A stretch of 64,000 bases of DNA, taken from assembly GCA_028826165.1 (NCBI GenBank), contig JAPDFW010000096.1:124001-188000 (forward strand). Reading direction: 5' to 3'. The translations under genes and the position numbers were made by a program. Each line of letters starts with the position of its first letter. The first letter of the stretch is position 1. Below are positions 1 through 12,647 of the stretch, piece after piece. A model generated the notes under the pieces. That model was not told the DNA's origin and made no database searches. It was given only the letters and a program-made list of their open reading frames with translations. This stretch comes from Anaeramoeba ignava BMAN (taxonomy: Eukaryota; Protista; Anaeramoebae).

Positions 1-216
1 TAAAATTGGATAAACAGTTTCAATTATTTCATCTTGTGAAAGATTCTTAGTTCCTTTTTTTGTTTATTTTAAGTATGAAATTTTTCTTCATTTTTCATTT
101 TTCATTTTTTAGTTTTTATTTTTACTTTCAAATTCTTGTTTTGCTTTTTGTTTTTGTTTTTCTTCTGTTTGTGGAGTTTCAAAAAAGCTTTCAGGATCAG
201 CAAATAATTGACCCAT
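1..216 (-). CDS. 5' part of a spliced hypothetical protein that runs off the window start; possible N-myristoylation (MG start)
   Basis: ATG at 216 reads MGQLFADPESFFETPQTEEKQKQKAKQEFE. A short GT-AG intron follows, then RTKNLSQDEIIETVYPIL to the window edge. Repeated TCATTTT motifs lie just upstream on the same strand. Confidence 0.55.
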
Positions 217-431
217 GAGAAAAAATGAAAAATAAAAATGAAAAATAAAAATGAAAAATGAAAAAATGAAAATCGGATAAAAAAAAAATTTAGAGAAATT
301 AATTTTTTCATTTTTTTCTTTTTCTTTTTTTCTTTATTATTTTTTTTACTTCTCCAATTTTTTTAAAAAAAAAAAGCTTTTTGTAATAATTCTTGGTTTA
401 AAAAAATTTAAAATATAAAACATAAAAATTT

Positions 432-1937
432 ATGACAATGTTTTATCAAGATTTAAAAGAATTGTCAACTAATTTAAGTCAACTTTTTACGTTGGAAAAC
501 AAACAACCAGTTTTTAGTGATTTTTTAGTTGTAACACGAAACAAAACGTTCGAATGCCATCGAGCAATTCTGCATGCAAGAAGTGCATATTTTCGGGGTT
601 TGCTTCGGAGCCAAATGAAAGAAACAACGGAAGGAAAAGTGGAAATACGCGATATTTCTTCGGAGGTAATGAAAAATATATTAACATATATTTACACAGG
701 CAGCCTGGAAATTACGAGAGATAACGCAATTGAGATCTTAATTAGTTCTCAAAAACTTCTTCTTGATCAAAGGGTTTTAGACAACATTTCGCAGTTTGTT
801 GTCAGGCATGTGAGTCTGCAAAATGTTGCAGAGGTTCTTTCCCTTTCTTCCCGTTTTAGTTTTGAGACAATCCACGACTATTGCATCCGTTTTTGTATCC
901 TTAATTTCCGCGAGCTTATCCACGAAAGCTCGTTTCTTTTTCTTTCAGCCTCGGATCTCGAACTGATCCTTGCTGCAGACGATTTGCTTATCGATTCAGA
1001 ACAACAACTTCTTGAATCGATTATTCATTGGGCAAAAAATCGCCGGGATTTTAACGGACAAAACGAAGATCTTTATCAAGATGAAAAAAACTCCCCCAAA
1101 AATTTGATCCAAAAAAGACTTGCAAGACTTCTTCCTAGAATCCGTTTCTGCGAGATTGAGCAAACACAACTCCAGGTTCTGCAAAAGCAGGGAATACTTA
1201 CAAACGAACTTTTCGATGATATTGTGGAATTCCAGTGTCTCAGAACCCAAAAGGTGAATGCAGAAGAAATCGAGAACTTTCTTCGGAAATGCAAGTCACG
1301 ATATTCGAAAAGTAATTTCCTTGCTTTTCAGCCGCGAAACTGTTTTCCCGATAGTTTAGTTGTGTCAATAAAAAACACGAAATTGGTGAATTTTTTGAAA
1401 AATTCGATCGAAGACGATGTTTTTTTTAGCCAAATGAGACTGGGTTATTCTGCGCGGCAACATGGATTTTTTCCGCTTGCATTCCACGAAAAAGTGGATA
1501 ACAAAGGGAAAACTTTAGTGTTGATGAAAACGGTTGAGAATTATATTTTTGGGGGATACACAGAAGTTGGATGGGTTACTGACAAGCAAAAATGGTCAAC
1601 TGTCAATGCGAATTGGGGTTGGATTGGCGATCCAAAAGCTTTTGTTTTTGTTCTTAAACCAAGTGTGAACGGTGAAGATCACACACCACAAAAATTTGAT
1701 ATCAAGAAAGGAGAAGAAAAATGGGCAATTTTGTATCGTGATACTGCTGGTCCCCAATTTGGATATGATATTAGAATCACTTCTTGGGATGTCAATTCCG
1801 TTTTTGATATGATTTACTCAAATTTGGGTAATAATTATCAACTTGAAGGAAGTGATAATCCTTTCAAACAAAAGAGAAAAATTCCTGATTCTTTGGAAGC
1901 TTGGAAAATTAAAGAGATTGAGGTTTATTTCATTTGA
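432..1937 (+). CDS. BTB/POZ-BACK-TLDc domain protein (intronless)
   Basis: 501-aa ORF with a BTB motif (FSDF..FECHRAILHARSAYFRGLL..MKE), a BACK region (SEQQLLESIIHW..IRF) and a TLDc domain (GYSARQHGF..FHEKVDNKGKTLVLMKT..IFGGYT..AFVF..IKEIEVY). Confidence 0.9.
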   Translation: MTMFYQDLKELSTNLSQLFTLENKQPVFSDFLVVTRNKTFECHRAILHARSAYFRGLLRSQMKETTEGKVEIRDISSEVMKNILTYIYTGSLEITRDNAIEILISSQKLLLDQRVLDNISQFVVRHVSLQNVAEVLSLSSRFSFETIHDYCIRFCILNFRELIHESSFLFLSASDLELILAADDLLIDSEQQLLESIIHWAKNRRDFNGQNEDLYQDEKNSPKNLIQKRLARLLPRIRFCEIEQTQLQVLQKQGILTNELFDDIVEFQCLRTQKVNAEEIENFLRKCKSRYSKSNFLAFQPRNCFPDSLVVSIKNTKLVNFLKNSIEDDVFFSQMRLGYSARQHGFFPLAFHEKVDNKGKTLVLMKTVENYIFGGYTEVGWVTDKQKWSTVNANWGWIGDPKAFVFVLKPSVNGEDHTPQKFDIKKGEEKWAILYRDTAGPQFGYDIRITSWDVNSVFDMIYSNLGNNYQLEGSDNPFKQKRKIPDSLEAWKIKEIEVYFI

Positions 1938-2088
1938 AAAAGAGAAATTTTTGTTTTTTTCTTTTTGTTTTTGTTTTTGTTTTTGTTTTTTTGATTTGAG
2001 AAAATAAAAAATAAAGAAAAATTTTCCAAAAATTTCATTTTGATTTTTATTTTGAAAAAAGCAAATAAATTTAAAAAAAAAAAAAGAA

Positions 2089-2672
2089 TTATTGAGCGAA
2101 TGTCATATTGGAAAGAAGAATTAATAAAGCAAGAACCATCAAGAATGGCAAACAAAGTAAAGTTATTGCATCACCTAAAGCAACATTATATAATTTTCCA
2201 CAACTTTCTTTCTATTAAAAGAAGAATAATAAAAAAAAATTTTTTTGAAAAATGAAAAATGAAAAAAAATTTCAAAACAAAATATAAATCAAATGAATAG
2301 TTACAACACCACTTCTTGTTGCCCAAACAAGTCCCACGATACTCCATGAAAGAAAAAATAAACCGAAGATAGGGTTTGCTACGCAGGCTATACTATTATA
2401 GACTTCATTATCACAACCGGCAATGAACGTTAATAAATTTGCAACAGCAAAAGTTATATTGCAAACTAAGATCCAAGTCCAAAGAGGTTTTGGGCAATCT
2501 TTATCTTTATCTTTAGAAGCAACAACAAGTGAAGGGATAACAAAAGCAAGAGTTAAAATCAATCCACAAATTGGGAAAATCGCAAATCTTAATTAAAATT
2601 TTAATTTTTAATTTAAATTTAATTTTATTTTTAATTTTATTTTTAATTTTATTTAACGAACCCTGATGACAT
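2089..2672 (-). CDS. small multi-pass (about 4 TM) membrane protein, 3 exons
   Basis: ATG at 2672 (MSSG), GT-AG intron 2661-2588, then the hydrophobic exon of ORF 2272..2562. A second intron leads to KESCGKLYNVALGDAITLLCLPFLMVLALLILLSNMTFAQ* ending at 2089. Confidence 0.7.
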
Positions 2673-2778
2673 TTTTTTTTTAAAAAAGAAATTTCACAAA
2701 ATAAAAAAAATGAAAAAAAAAATTTACAAAAAAATTAATTTCATTTTTTTTTAATTAGTAAATAATTTTTAATTTAAA

Positions 2779-5700
2779 ATGTTTCATTCTTTATTAAGTC
2801 GACAAGAAATTACAACTCCTAATTCAATTTATTGGAATCAAGATAATTTTTTAGCAGTTAAATTTGATAAATTAATTAAAATTATTAATCCAGAAAAAAT
2901 TAATGAAACAAAATTAATTTATTTAAATGATAATGGAGATTATTTAAAGTTTGAAAAACTTTTATCAGATTATCAAGTTTCAGGAATTCCAAAACTTCTT
3001 CCTTATTGGACTCATATTTTACAAAAACCAAATTCTTTAATTTTTCAATCGATTTGTTGGTCATCTTCAGGATGTTCAAAGAAAAAGGGGTTGATTATTT
3101 ATATTTAAATTAAATATAAAATTATTTATAAAATTAAATATAAAATTAAATACAAAATTATTAATAAAATTAATTATAAAATTATTTATATTTAAATTAA
3201 TTATAAAATTATTTATAAAATTATTTATAAAATTATTAATAAAATTAAATATAAAATTAAATATAAAATTATTTATAAAATTAAATATAAAATTATATAT
3301 TAAATTATTTATAAAATTAAATATAAAATTATTAATAAAATTATTTATAAAATTAAATATAAAATTATATATAAAATTATTTATAAAATTAAATATAAAA
3401 TTATTAATAAAATTATTTATAAAATTATATATAAAATTAAATATAAAATTATTTATAAAATTATTTATAAAATTATTTATAAAATTATTTATAAAATTAT
3501 TTATAAAATTATTTATAAAATTATTTATAAAATTATTTATAAAATTATTTATAAAATTATTTATAAAATTATTTATAAAATTATTTATAAAATTATTTAT
3601 AAAATTATTTATAAAATTATTTATAAAATTATTTATAAAATTATTTATAAAATTATTTATAAAATTATTTATAAAATTATTTATAAAATTATTTATAAAA
3701 TTATTTAGTTGTCTTCTTGCTTCTTTAACAACAGGATCAAAAATAGAAATTCATGATATTGGAATAGAAACTGATTTAATTGAAACAATTGATTTTTCTT
3801 CAATATTATTTTCTAATCATTATTTAATTTCAACAAAGCAAAAAAATAATATACAAAAAACTCAAAAAAGAACAAAAAAACAAAATGCTTTTGATCCTAA
3901 TTTATATATTGCAATGATAGATAAACTTACTTTTCGATGTAAAATAAAAGGAATTATTGATTCTTTTCTTTCTAAAAAAAAAAATTTAATTATTTTTGAT
4001 TCATTTTGTAAATTAGCAATTTGTTGGTCAGATATTATTGTTGTTTCAGATACTAAATATTTACTTCTTTTAATTGGAACAAAATCAGGACATGTTTTAT
4101 TTTGTGGGAAAGAAATCGAGTTTGAAATGAAATAAATTATTTTTTTTATTTGAAATTCAAATTTTAATCACATTTAATTTTTGATAAAAAAAAATTAAAA
4201 GAGAAAATCAAAATGAAAACTCAAGTCCAAATGAATTTGTGTTTTTTAATGATGTTTTTATTGAAGAATCATGGATAATCGCATTATCTTGTTTCAGTAA
4301 AAACGGTATATTTGAAGAAAAAAAAAATGATTTTCCAAATATTTTAATAATTCAAGATATAAATATAAATATTAATGGAAAAATAGATGAACATTTTGTT
4401 GCGATTGGTCTATCAAATGGAAATATCTTCATTTATCAATTTAAACTACAAATTAAAACAAATAGAAATAGAATGGAAATCAAAGGAAATTTAAAAAATA
4501 AATCAAACAAAATTTTAGCAACAAAATTATATTCTGTAATTTCAGATATGGATTATTCAATACCCATAAATTTGAAATGGATTCCTTCATTTAGATTTGG
4601 AAATGAAGAAAAAAAAGAATTTGGACCGTTTCTTTTTTTCTCAAAAAATGCACAAGTATTTCTTTGGAATGAAAACGGAATTCAATATGAAAAAAATATT
4701 CATATCCAAATAATAACTGGATTAGACTTTAATTGTCAAAACTTGTTTAGTTGTTCAATAGATGGATCAATAAAATGTTATAATCCAGAAAATTCTTTGA
4801 TAACAAATTTATTTGATAATGATAAAGAAAAAGTTAAACAATTTTTTGGATTTGCTTTAAGTCCAAATTCTTTGGTTTATGCATCAGCAATAACAAAGTA
4901 GATTATTTTTAAATTCAAAATTTCAATTTAAATTTTAAATTAAAATTTAATTTTGTGGAATTTATAGTAAAAGTTCTCAAAAAAAAATGAAAAATTCAAA
5001 AGTACATTTTGCTTTAATTCCTAAAAACGACGATATAACTTCATCAATCATTCAATCACTCGAGAAATTAACAAAGGATATAAGACTTGAATCATGGGAT
5101 ATTTCTTATTCTATTTTACTTGAAGAATCATTAGATAATTTAAAAATATTATTTGATTATGCAAATGATCTTGTGATTCAATTTCAATCAAAAATTGGAG
5201 ATTTGTTTAATTCATTATTTAAAGAAGATGAAGTTGAATTAGATGTATTATTTTTGGTTCAAAAAAGCATATTTATTTATTCGTGTTTCCGAGAAGTAAT
5301 TTTTGAAATGAAAAAAATTTATTCGATTTTTTAAGATGGATTTTTTTTTTTCAATTTGATTTTTATAGAGAAAAGAATACAAACAAGAAATTGAAAAATC
5401 AATTAAATCTTCTCGTTTTCTTATTTATTCTTATTATTTTGCTCTTGTATTGACAAATTTAAGAAGAGAAGCCAAAGAGAATAATCTAGAAATTTCCAAA
5501 ATTATTGACGAAATTAAATTTCCAGTTTTATTAATGATTGATTATTTCATTTTAAAAAGCAACAAATTTCAAGATCATTTGACAGAAAATATTTATAAAG
5601 AATTAGAGAAATTAGTTTTAAGTTTTGTTGAAGATTTAGAACTAAAAGAAATGGGAAAAATAATTCAAGAAAAACAAAAAGAAAAAATTCCAAAAGAAAA

Positions 5701-5977
5701 ATTAATTGAATTTATTTCTGCCAAAGAAAAATGTCCAATTTGTGAAGAATTTATTAAGATTGAAAATCGTTCTCATCATTATTCAGATGTTCATGAAATT
5801 CTTCCTCTTGATAGATGTATGTTTTCACTTCAAGTTCTTGATGAAAAAGTTAGGCGTTGTGTTACTTGTGGAAAAAAATCTGCTTTAAATTTATCTTCTA
5901 ATCATTTTCTTTTTAAAAATATTAATTTAGATTTTTGTTTATTTTGTCATTCTCGTTTTGAAAGTCGTTTTATTTAA
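2779..5977 (+). CDS. GTF3C4: general transcription factor IIIC subunit 4 (TFIIIC90/tau60)-like; WD40 plus C-terminal Zn finger; about 6 exons
   Basis: Splicing out intron 3090-3708 gives CWSSSGCSKKKG|CLLASLT, the TFIIIC_delta-type motif. WD-like repeats follow. The C-terminus has EKCPIC..H..DRCMFSL..RRCVTC..CLFC, matching the zf-TFIIIC pattern. Confidence 0.75.
3090..3708 (+). repeat. intronic 12-bp satellite (ATAAAATTATTT)n filling GTF3C4 intron 1
   Basis: The tandem 12-mer is visible directly, is perfect toward the 3' end, and its last unit runs into the acceptor (ttatttAG). Confidence 0.9.
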
Positions 5978-5999
5978 AATTTATTAAATAATTTTAATT

Positions 6000-8370
6000 C
6001 AATTTATAATTTAATTTTAATTTAATTTTAAATCAATTTATAGAATTTTTATTTAATATTTAATCAATAATTTTAATTTAAATTTTAAATTAGAATTATA
6101 AATTAATTTTAAATAATATTTTTAAATCATTTTATAATTAAATTATAAATTAAAATTATATTAAATTGGGAAGAATAAATTTAAATTTTTATTTAATATT
6201 TAAAATAAATTTAAATTAGAATTATAAATTAATTTTTAAATAATAATTTTAAAATAAATTTATAATTAAATAATAAATTAAAAATTATATTAAATTGGGG
6301 AGAATTAATGGTAAAAAGTAAAATATTTTTATTTAATATTTAATAAATAATTTTAATTTTAATTTAAATTTTAAATTAGAATTATAAATTCAATTTATTT
6401 AAATTAAAATAATTAAATTTTAAAAATTAAATTTAAATGAATAAAAATAAAATAATTTAAATTTAATCAATAAGTTTAATAAATTTTAAATTAGAATTAT
6501 AAATTAATTTTAAATAATATTTTTAAATCAATTTTATAATTAAATAATAAATTAAAATTATATTAAATTAAGGAGAATAAATGAATAAAAAGTAAAATAT
6601 TTTATTTAATAATTTTAATTTAAATTTTAAATTAGAATTATAAATTAATTTTAAATAATAATTTTAATTCAATTTATAATTAAATAATAAATTAAAATTA
6701 TATTAAATTAGGAAATAAATAAAAATTAAAAATTTTTATTTAAATTTAATCAATAAGTTTAAATTTAAATTTTAAATTAGAATTAGTAAATTAATTTTAA
6801 ATATTTAATTTTAAAATAAATTTATAATTAAATTTAAATTAAAATTATATTAAATTAGGGAGAATTAATTAATAAAATTTAGAGAATTTTTATTTAATAT
6901 TTAATCAATAAATTTAATTTAAATTTTAAATAATAATTTTAGTTTAATTTTAAATAATAATTTTAAATTTAATTTATAATTAAATAATAAATTAAAATTA
7001 TATTAAATTGGGGAGAATAAATGAATAAAAAGTAAAAACATTTTTATTTAATTATTTTAAATAAATTTATTTAAATTTTAAAATAGAATTATAAATTAAT
7101 TTTAAATAATATTTTTAAATAAATTTAAATTTAAATTAATTAAATTAGAGAATTTTTAATAAATTTAAATAATTTAAATTTTTAAAATTTTAGTTTAAAT
7201 TTTTAAAATTAAATAATAAATTAAAAATTATATTAAATTAAGGAGAATAAATTAATAAAAAGTAAAACATTTTTTATTTAATATTTAATAAATAAATTTA
7301 ATTTAAATTTTAAATTAGAATTATAATTTAATTTTAAATATTGAATTTTAAATAATTTTATAATTAAATAATAAATTAAAATTATATTAAATTAGGGAGA
7401 ATAAATGAATAAAAAGTAAAACAATTATTTAATATTTAATCAATAATTTTAATTTAAATTTTAAATTAGAATTATAAATTCAATTTATAATTAAATAATA
7501 AATTAAAATTATATTAAATTATAAATTAAATTTATATTAAATTGAGGAGAATAAATGAATAAAAAGTAAAACAATTTTTATTTAATATTTAATCAATAAT
7601 TTTAATTTAAATTTTAAATTAGAATTATAAATTAATTTTAAATAATATTTTTAAATAAATAATTAAATTTTAAATTAAAATTTATAAATTGGGGAGAATA
7701 ATTAATAAAATTTAGAGAATTTTTATTTTAATATTTAAATAAAGGAGAATTTTTAAATGAATAAAAAATTTTAAAAACATTTTAAAATAAATTTATAATT
7801 AAATAATAAATTAAAATTATATTAAATTAAAATTAATGGTAAAAAGTAAAATATTTTTATTTAATATTTTTTAATTTTAAATTTAAATTTTAAATTAGAA
7901 TTATAAATTAATTTATAATTAAATAATAAATTAAAATTATATTAAATTATAAATTAAATTTATATTAAATTGAGGAGAATAAATGAATAAAAAGTAAAAA
8001 TATTTTTATTTAATATTTAATAAATAAATTTAATTTAAATTTTAAATTAGAATTATAAATTAATTTTAAATATTAATTTTAAATCAATTTTATAATTAAA
8101 TTATAAATTAAATTTATATTAAATTGGGGAGAATTAATGAATAAAAAGTAAAATATTTTTTATTTAATATTTAATAAATAAGTTTAATTTAAATTTTAAA
8201 TTAGAATTATAATTTAATTTTAAATATTATTTTTTAAATTTAATTTATTAAATTGGGGAATAAATGAATAACAAATTTTAAAAAGGAAAAATTTTTATTT
8301 GATCAATAAGTTTAAATCTAATTTTAAATTAGAATTTTAATTTAATTTTAAATCAAATTTATAATTAAAT
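6000..8370. repeat. degenerate AT-rich minisatellite, unit about 110-130 bp
   Basis: Recurring landmarks ATTATATTAAATT(G/A)(G/A)GGAGAAT, GAATAAAAAGTAAAA and TTTTAAATTAGAATTATAA, seen about 15-20 times. Confidence 0.85.
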
Positions 8371-9969
8371 TTGAAATGATTCATCATGAAAAAAAAGCAA
8401 AAAATTTCCCTTTTATTTATTTTTTTTTTAATTGTTTTTTCCTTTATTGAATTTTTTCCTTATTTTCCTCTTTTAAAAGTTATCCCAAAAAAAATAAAAG
8501 AAAAAAAGAAAATAAATCAAAGAAAATATTTATTTTATATTTTTTAGAAAGAGTTGTTAAATTAATTGAGTTGATGAAAGGATTTTTTAAAAGAAAAAAA
8601 GAAAGAAAAAAATTTTTTTTAAATGTTTTTGATCGCTTTTTGTTTTTTAATTTGAAAAAAAAATAAAAGAATTGAATTAAACAAAATTAAAGAAATTATT
8701 TATTTTATATTTTTTAGAAGAATTTTATTAAATATTATTTTTGATGAAAGAAAGAAAAGAAGGAAAAAAAATGGGAAAAAGAAATTTTATTTTGGATTTA
8801 TCTGGCAAATAAATATTTAAAAAATCCGGCTAATGAGAACAAGAAAATAATTCAGATTTTAATTAAAAATATAATTTTAAATAAAATCCTAATATTATTT
8901 ATAATTGTATTTGTTATAATAATTTATTTTTTAATTCTTTTTTTATTATTATTTTTAATTAAAAAAAAATTTTTTTTCTTTTAAGTAATTTAATCAGAAA
9001 TAAATGGGATTTTCAAATAGGAAAAATTAATTTTACTTAATATTAAAGAATTTTAAATCAAAATATAAACTTTAGGGGTTAAAATATTTTTTGAAAGAGT
9101 AAAAAAGTTATTAATAAAATAAATAAATAAAATAAATTAAAAATTAAAATTTAAATTGAAAATAAGTTAAATAAAAGGGGATTTTCAATTGATCATTTAA
9201 ATGGTTAATTGTAAAATTTAAATTAAAAATTAAAAATTAAAAATTAAAAAGCAAAAAAAAAAAAAAAATTTAAAAAGAAAAATTAAAAGAAAAATAATTT
9301 AAAATAAGTAAGTATTTTAATTTAAATTAATTAAAATAAATCAAATCCTTTTTTCCTTTTATTTTTCTTTTATTTTTCTTTTATTTAATTTTTTTTTAAA
9401 TTAAAATTAAAAAAAAAAAAAATTGGAAAAAAAAACAAACAATAATCTTAAAGATAAAATTGTAATTATCTTGATCGATGAGATTTAATAAAAAATCTAT
9501 GGAAATATCTTATTAATCCTATTATTAAATAAAGATTTTTTTAAATCAAAATAAATTGATGAGTCACAACTTTTGATCGTATTAAAAAAAGAATAAAAAC
9601 AATTGAATATAAAAAGAAAAAATGAATTGATCATAAAATAGCACGTTGCAAAAAAATTTTTTTAATTAAAAAATAAATAGAAAAAAAAAAATTTTTTTAT
9701 TTAATAATTTAAAAAAAATTTTCTTGTTGTTGTAATTTTTTTTTTTAAAAGAAAAAAAGAAAAGAAAAGAAAAAGAAAAGTAAAAGTAATTCTTTTTGAA
9801 AGGAAAACTTTAAAGCAAAAACAAAAATAAAAACTTAGAGAAAAAAAAAAGAAAAAAAACCAATTAATCAATTCACTTTTTTCTTCATCAATTTTTTTTT
9901 TTTACTTTTAAAAAAAATTTTTTTTAATTTGATTTTTTACTTTTTTTTTTTCTTAATTCTTTTTAACAA

Positions 9970-10801
9970 ATGGCTTATTATTACCGTAATTTAGATTCAT
10001 CAGAAAGAGAAGCAGTTGATTTATTAATGAATCTTAAAAAAGCATTTGAACGTTCATTTCCAATTTCTGGGGTTAGTCCATTAAGAACAGCTATTAAACA
10101 AAATAAAGAGGAGCAAAAAGCAAAATTTACACGAAATGAAAATCAACATCTTGAACCTCAAATGGGTTGTCCAAATCTAACAGTAACAAAAATTCCACAA
10201 ACAAGTGCAAGAGAATCCAATTTTTTCACTAGATCAAAAATTGACAAAAACGAGATTCACAAAGTTACAAGACACAAACAACATAAAAGAAGCACAAGCA
10301 TGGAAAGCAAAGGCAATAAAGAAAGCTATGCGGAAAAAATGACGAATCAAATAATTGGGGGTGCAGACACTAAAGATGCGAAAATGCCACTTGAAAAAAT
10401 AAATAAAGAATCAAAAGAACAAAAAGAACAAAAAGAAACTAAAAGAAACTAAAGAAACAGCAAAACAAAAAGTCAAAAGAAGTTGGGAAGATGATTTTGA
10501 ACATAATCTCAAGAATTTTATCAAAAGAAAACCCATTCCTGGCATTGGTTTGAGACTGGATATGATTGCAAAATACAGACCTCAATACATTTCTGGATGG
10601 AGATCAGATTCCTCAACTACAATTCATGGCAACGCCCCCAAAAAAATTAGAATTTCTAATAAGCTTTTCCGTTTTCTTGAAAAAGCAACTGGTCAATCTT
10701 CAAAGAATGCTAGAAGAAGTGTTTCTGCTTATTTTGCTAAACTCGGTTATACTAATTCTTCTAAATATCACAGAGGAAGACTTACTTTTCGCAAAGTTTA
10801 A
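9970..10801 (+). CDS. orphan basic protein of about 276 aa, split by a 1-nt A-run insertion near 10441; candidate DNA-binding regulator
   Basis: Removing one A at 10441-10444 restores the KETKET repeat and joins ORF 9970..10452 in frame to KRSWEDDFEHNL..GLRLDMIAKYRP.. (ORF 10550..10801). Confidence 0.7.
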
Positions 10802-11379
10802 ATGATTTTTTTTTACTTTTGGTTGGATAGATTTGTTAATTCATTTCTTTTTGTTTTTGTTTTCTTTCTTTTTGTTTTTGTTTTCTTTGACGAAAACTAT
10901 AACAATTTAATTAAAAACTTTTTGATCGGAAATTTGACACGTTTTTTTTTTTTAAATTTTTATTAGAATTTTAAATTGAATTTTCAATTAAATTTTAAAT
11001 TAAATTTTCAATTAAATTTTTAATTAAATTTTCAATTGAATTTTTAATTAAATTTCAATTGAAAAGGGTTATTTTTAAATTAAATTTCATTTGCTTTCTT
11101 TTATTTTAATAAAATCAATTAAAATTTTTAAAAAGGATTTTGATTTATTTTAATTTTTCTTTTTATTTTTATTTTCTTTTTATTTATTTAAAATTTCATT
11201 TTTTTTTTAATTTATTTTTAATTGATTTTTATTAAAATTTTCTTATTAAATTTTAAAAGTTTCTTAAATTTAATTTTTGAGGGTGTTTTTATTGATTTAG
11301 TGAATCAATTTTTCCTTTTTGGAATTCTTACAAAATTAAAAATAAAAGATGATTTGGAATTTCAGAAAAATATTTTCTT

Positions 11380-12590
11380 TAAATTTTAAAATAAAAGATT
11401 AATTAATTTTTAATTGATTTAATTAAATTTCTAATTAAAATTCAAAAGGAGAAAATTCAACAGAGATCAAATCAATTTTCTTATTAAATTTAAAATAAAA
11501 AGATTAAATAATTTAATCTAGCAAAATAAATAATTAAATATTTCAAATTTATTATCAATTTTCTAATAAATTTTGAAATAAAAAGATTAATTAATTTAAT
11601 TTAATAAAATTAATAATTAAATATTTCAAATTTTATTAATTTTCTTTTCTTATTAAATTAAAAAGATTAAAAATTTAATTAGTAAAATTAAATTTAATTT
11701 TTTTCAATAAAGAAATAAAAAAATAATTTAATTAATAAAATTAATAATTTTTCAAATTTAATTTATTAAATTTTAAAATAAAAAGATTAAATAATTTAAT
11801 CTAATAAAATAAATAAATAATTCAATTTTAATAAATTTTTAAATATTCAAATTTAATTTAAGAAAATTAATAATTAATTATTTCAAATTTATTAAATTTT
11901 TAAAATAAAAAAAGATTAAATAATTTAATCTAAAATAAATTAATTAAATCAATTTTTCTAATAAATTTTGAAATAAAAGATTAAATAATTTAATCTAATA
12001 AAATTAATAATTTTCTTATTAAATTTAAAATAAAAAGATTAAATAATTTAATCTAATAAAATAAATAATTAATTCAATTTTTCTAATAAATTTTAAAATA
12101 AAAAGATTAATTAATTTAATTTAATAAAATTAATAATTAATTATTTCAAATTTATTATCAAATTTTCTTATTAAATTTAAAATAAAAAGATTAAATAATT
12201 TAATCTAGCAAAATAAATAATTAAATCAATTTTTCCAATAAATTTTAAAATAAAAAGATTAATTAATTTAATCTAATAAAATTAATAATTAATATTCCAA
12301 ATTTAATTTTTCCATTAAATTTTAAAATAAAAAGATTAAATAATTTAATTTAATAAAAAAATAAATAATTAAATTAATTAAATTTTGAAATTTAAGAAAA
12401 TTAATAAAAATTTTTCAAATTTTTTTCAATTTTCTTATTAAATTTTAAATAAAAAGATTAAATAATTTAATCTAGCAAAATAAATAATTAAATCAATTTT
12501 TCCAATAAATTTTAAAATAAAAAGATTAATTAATTTAATCTAATAAAATTAATAATTAATTATTCCAAATTTATTTTTAATTTTGAAATA
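11380..12590. repeat. degenerate AT-rich minisatellite, unit about 55-65 bp, with alternating variants
   Basis: Recurring AAATAAAAAGATTAA(A/T)TAATTTAAT(C/T)TA(A/G) motif, seen about 15-20 times. Confidence 0.85.
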
Positions 12591-12647
12591 AAATTTTTCA
12601 TTTTTTTCTTTCTTTCTTTCTTTCTCTTTTTATTTTAAAAAAAAAGA

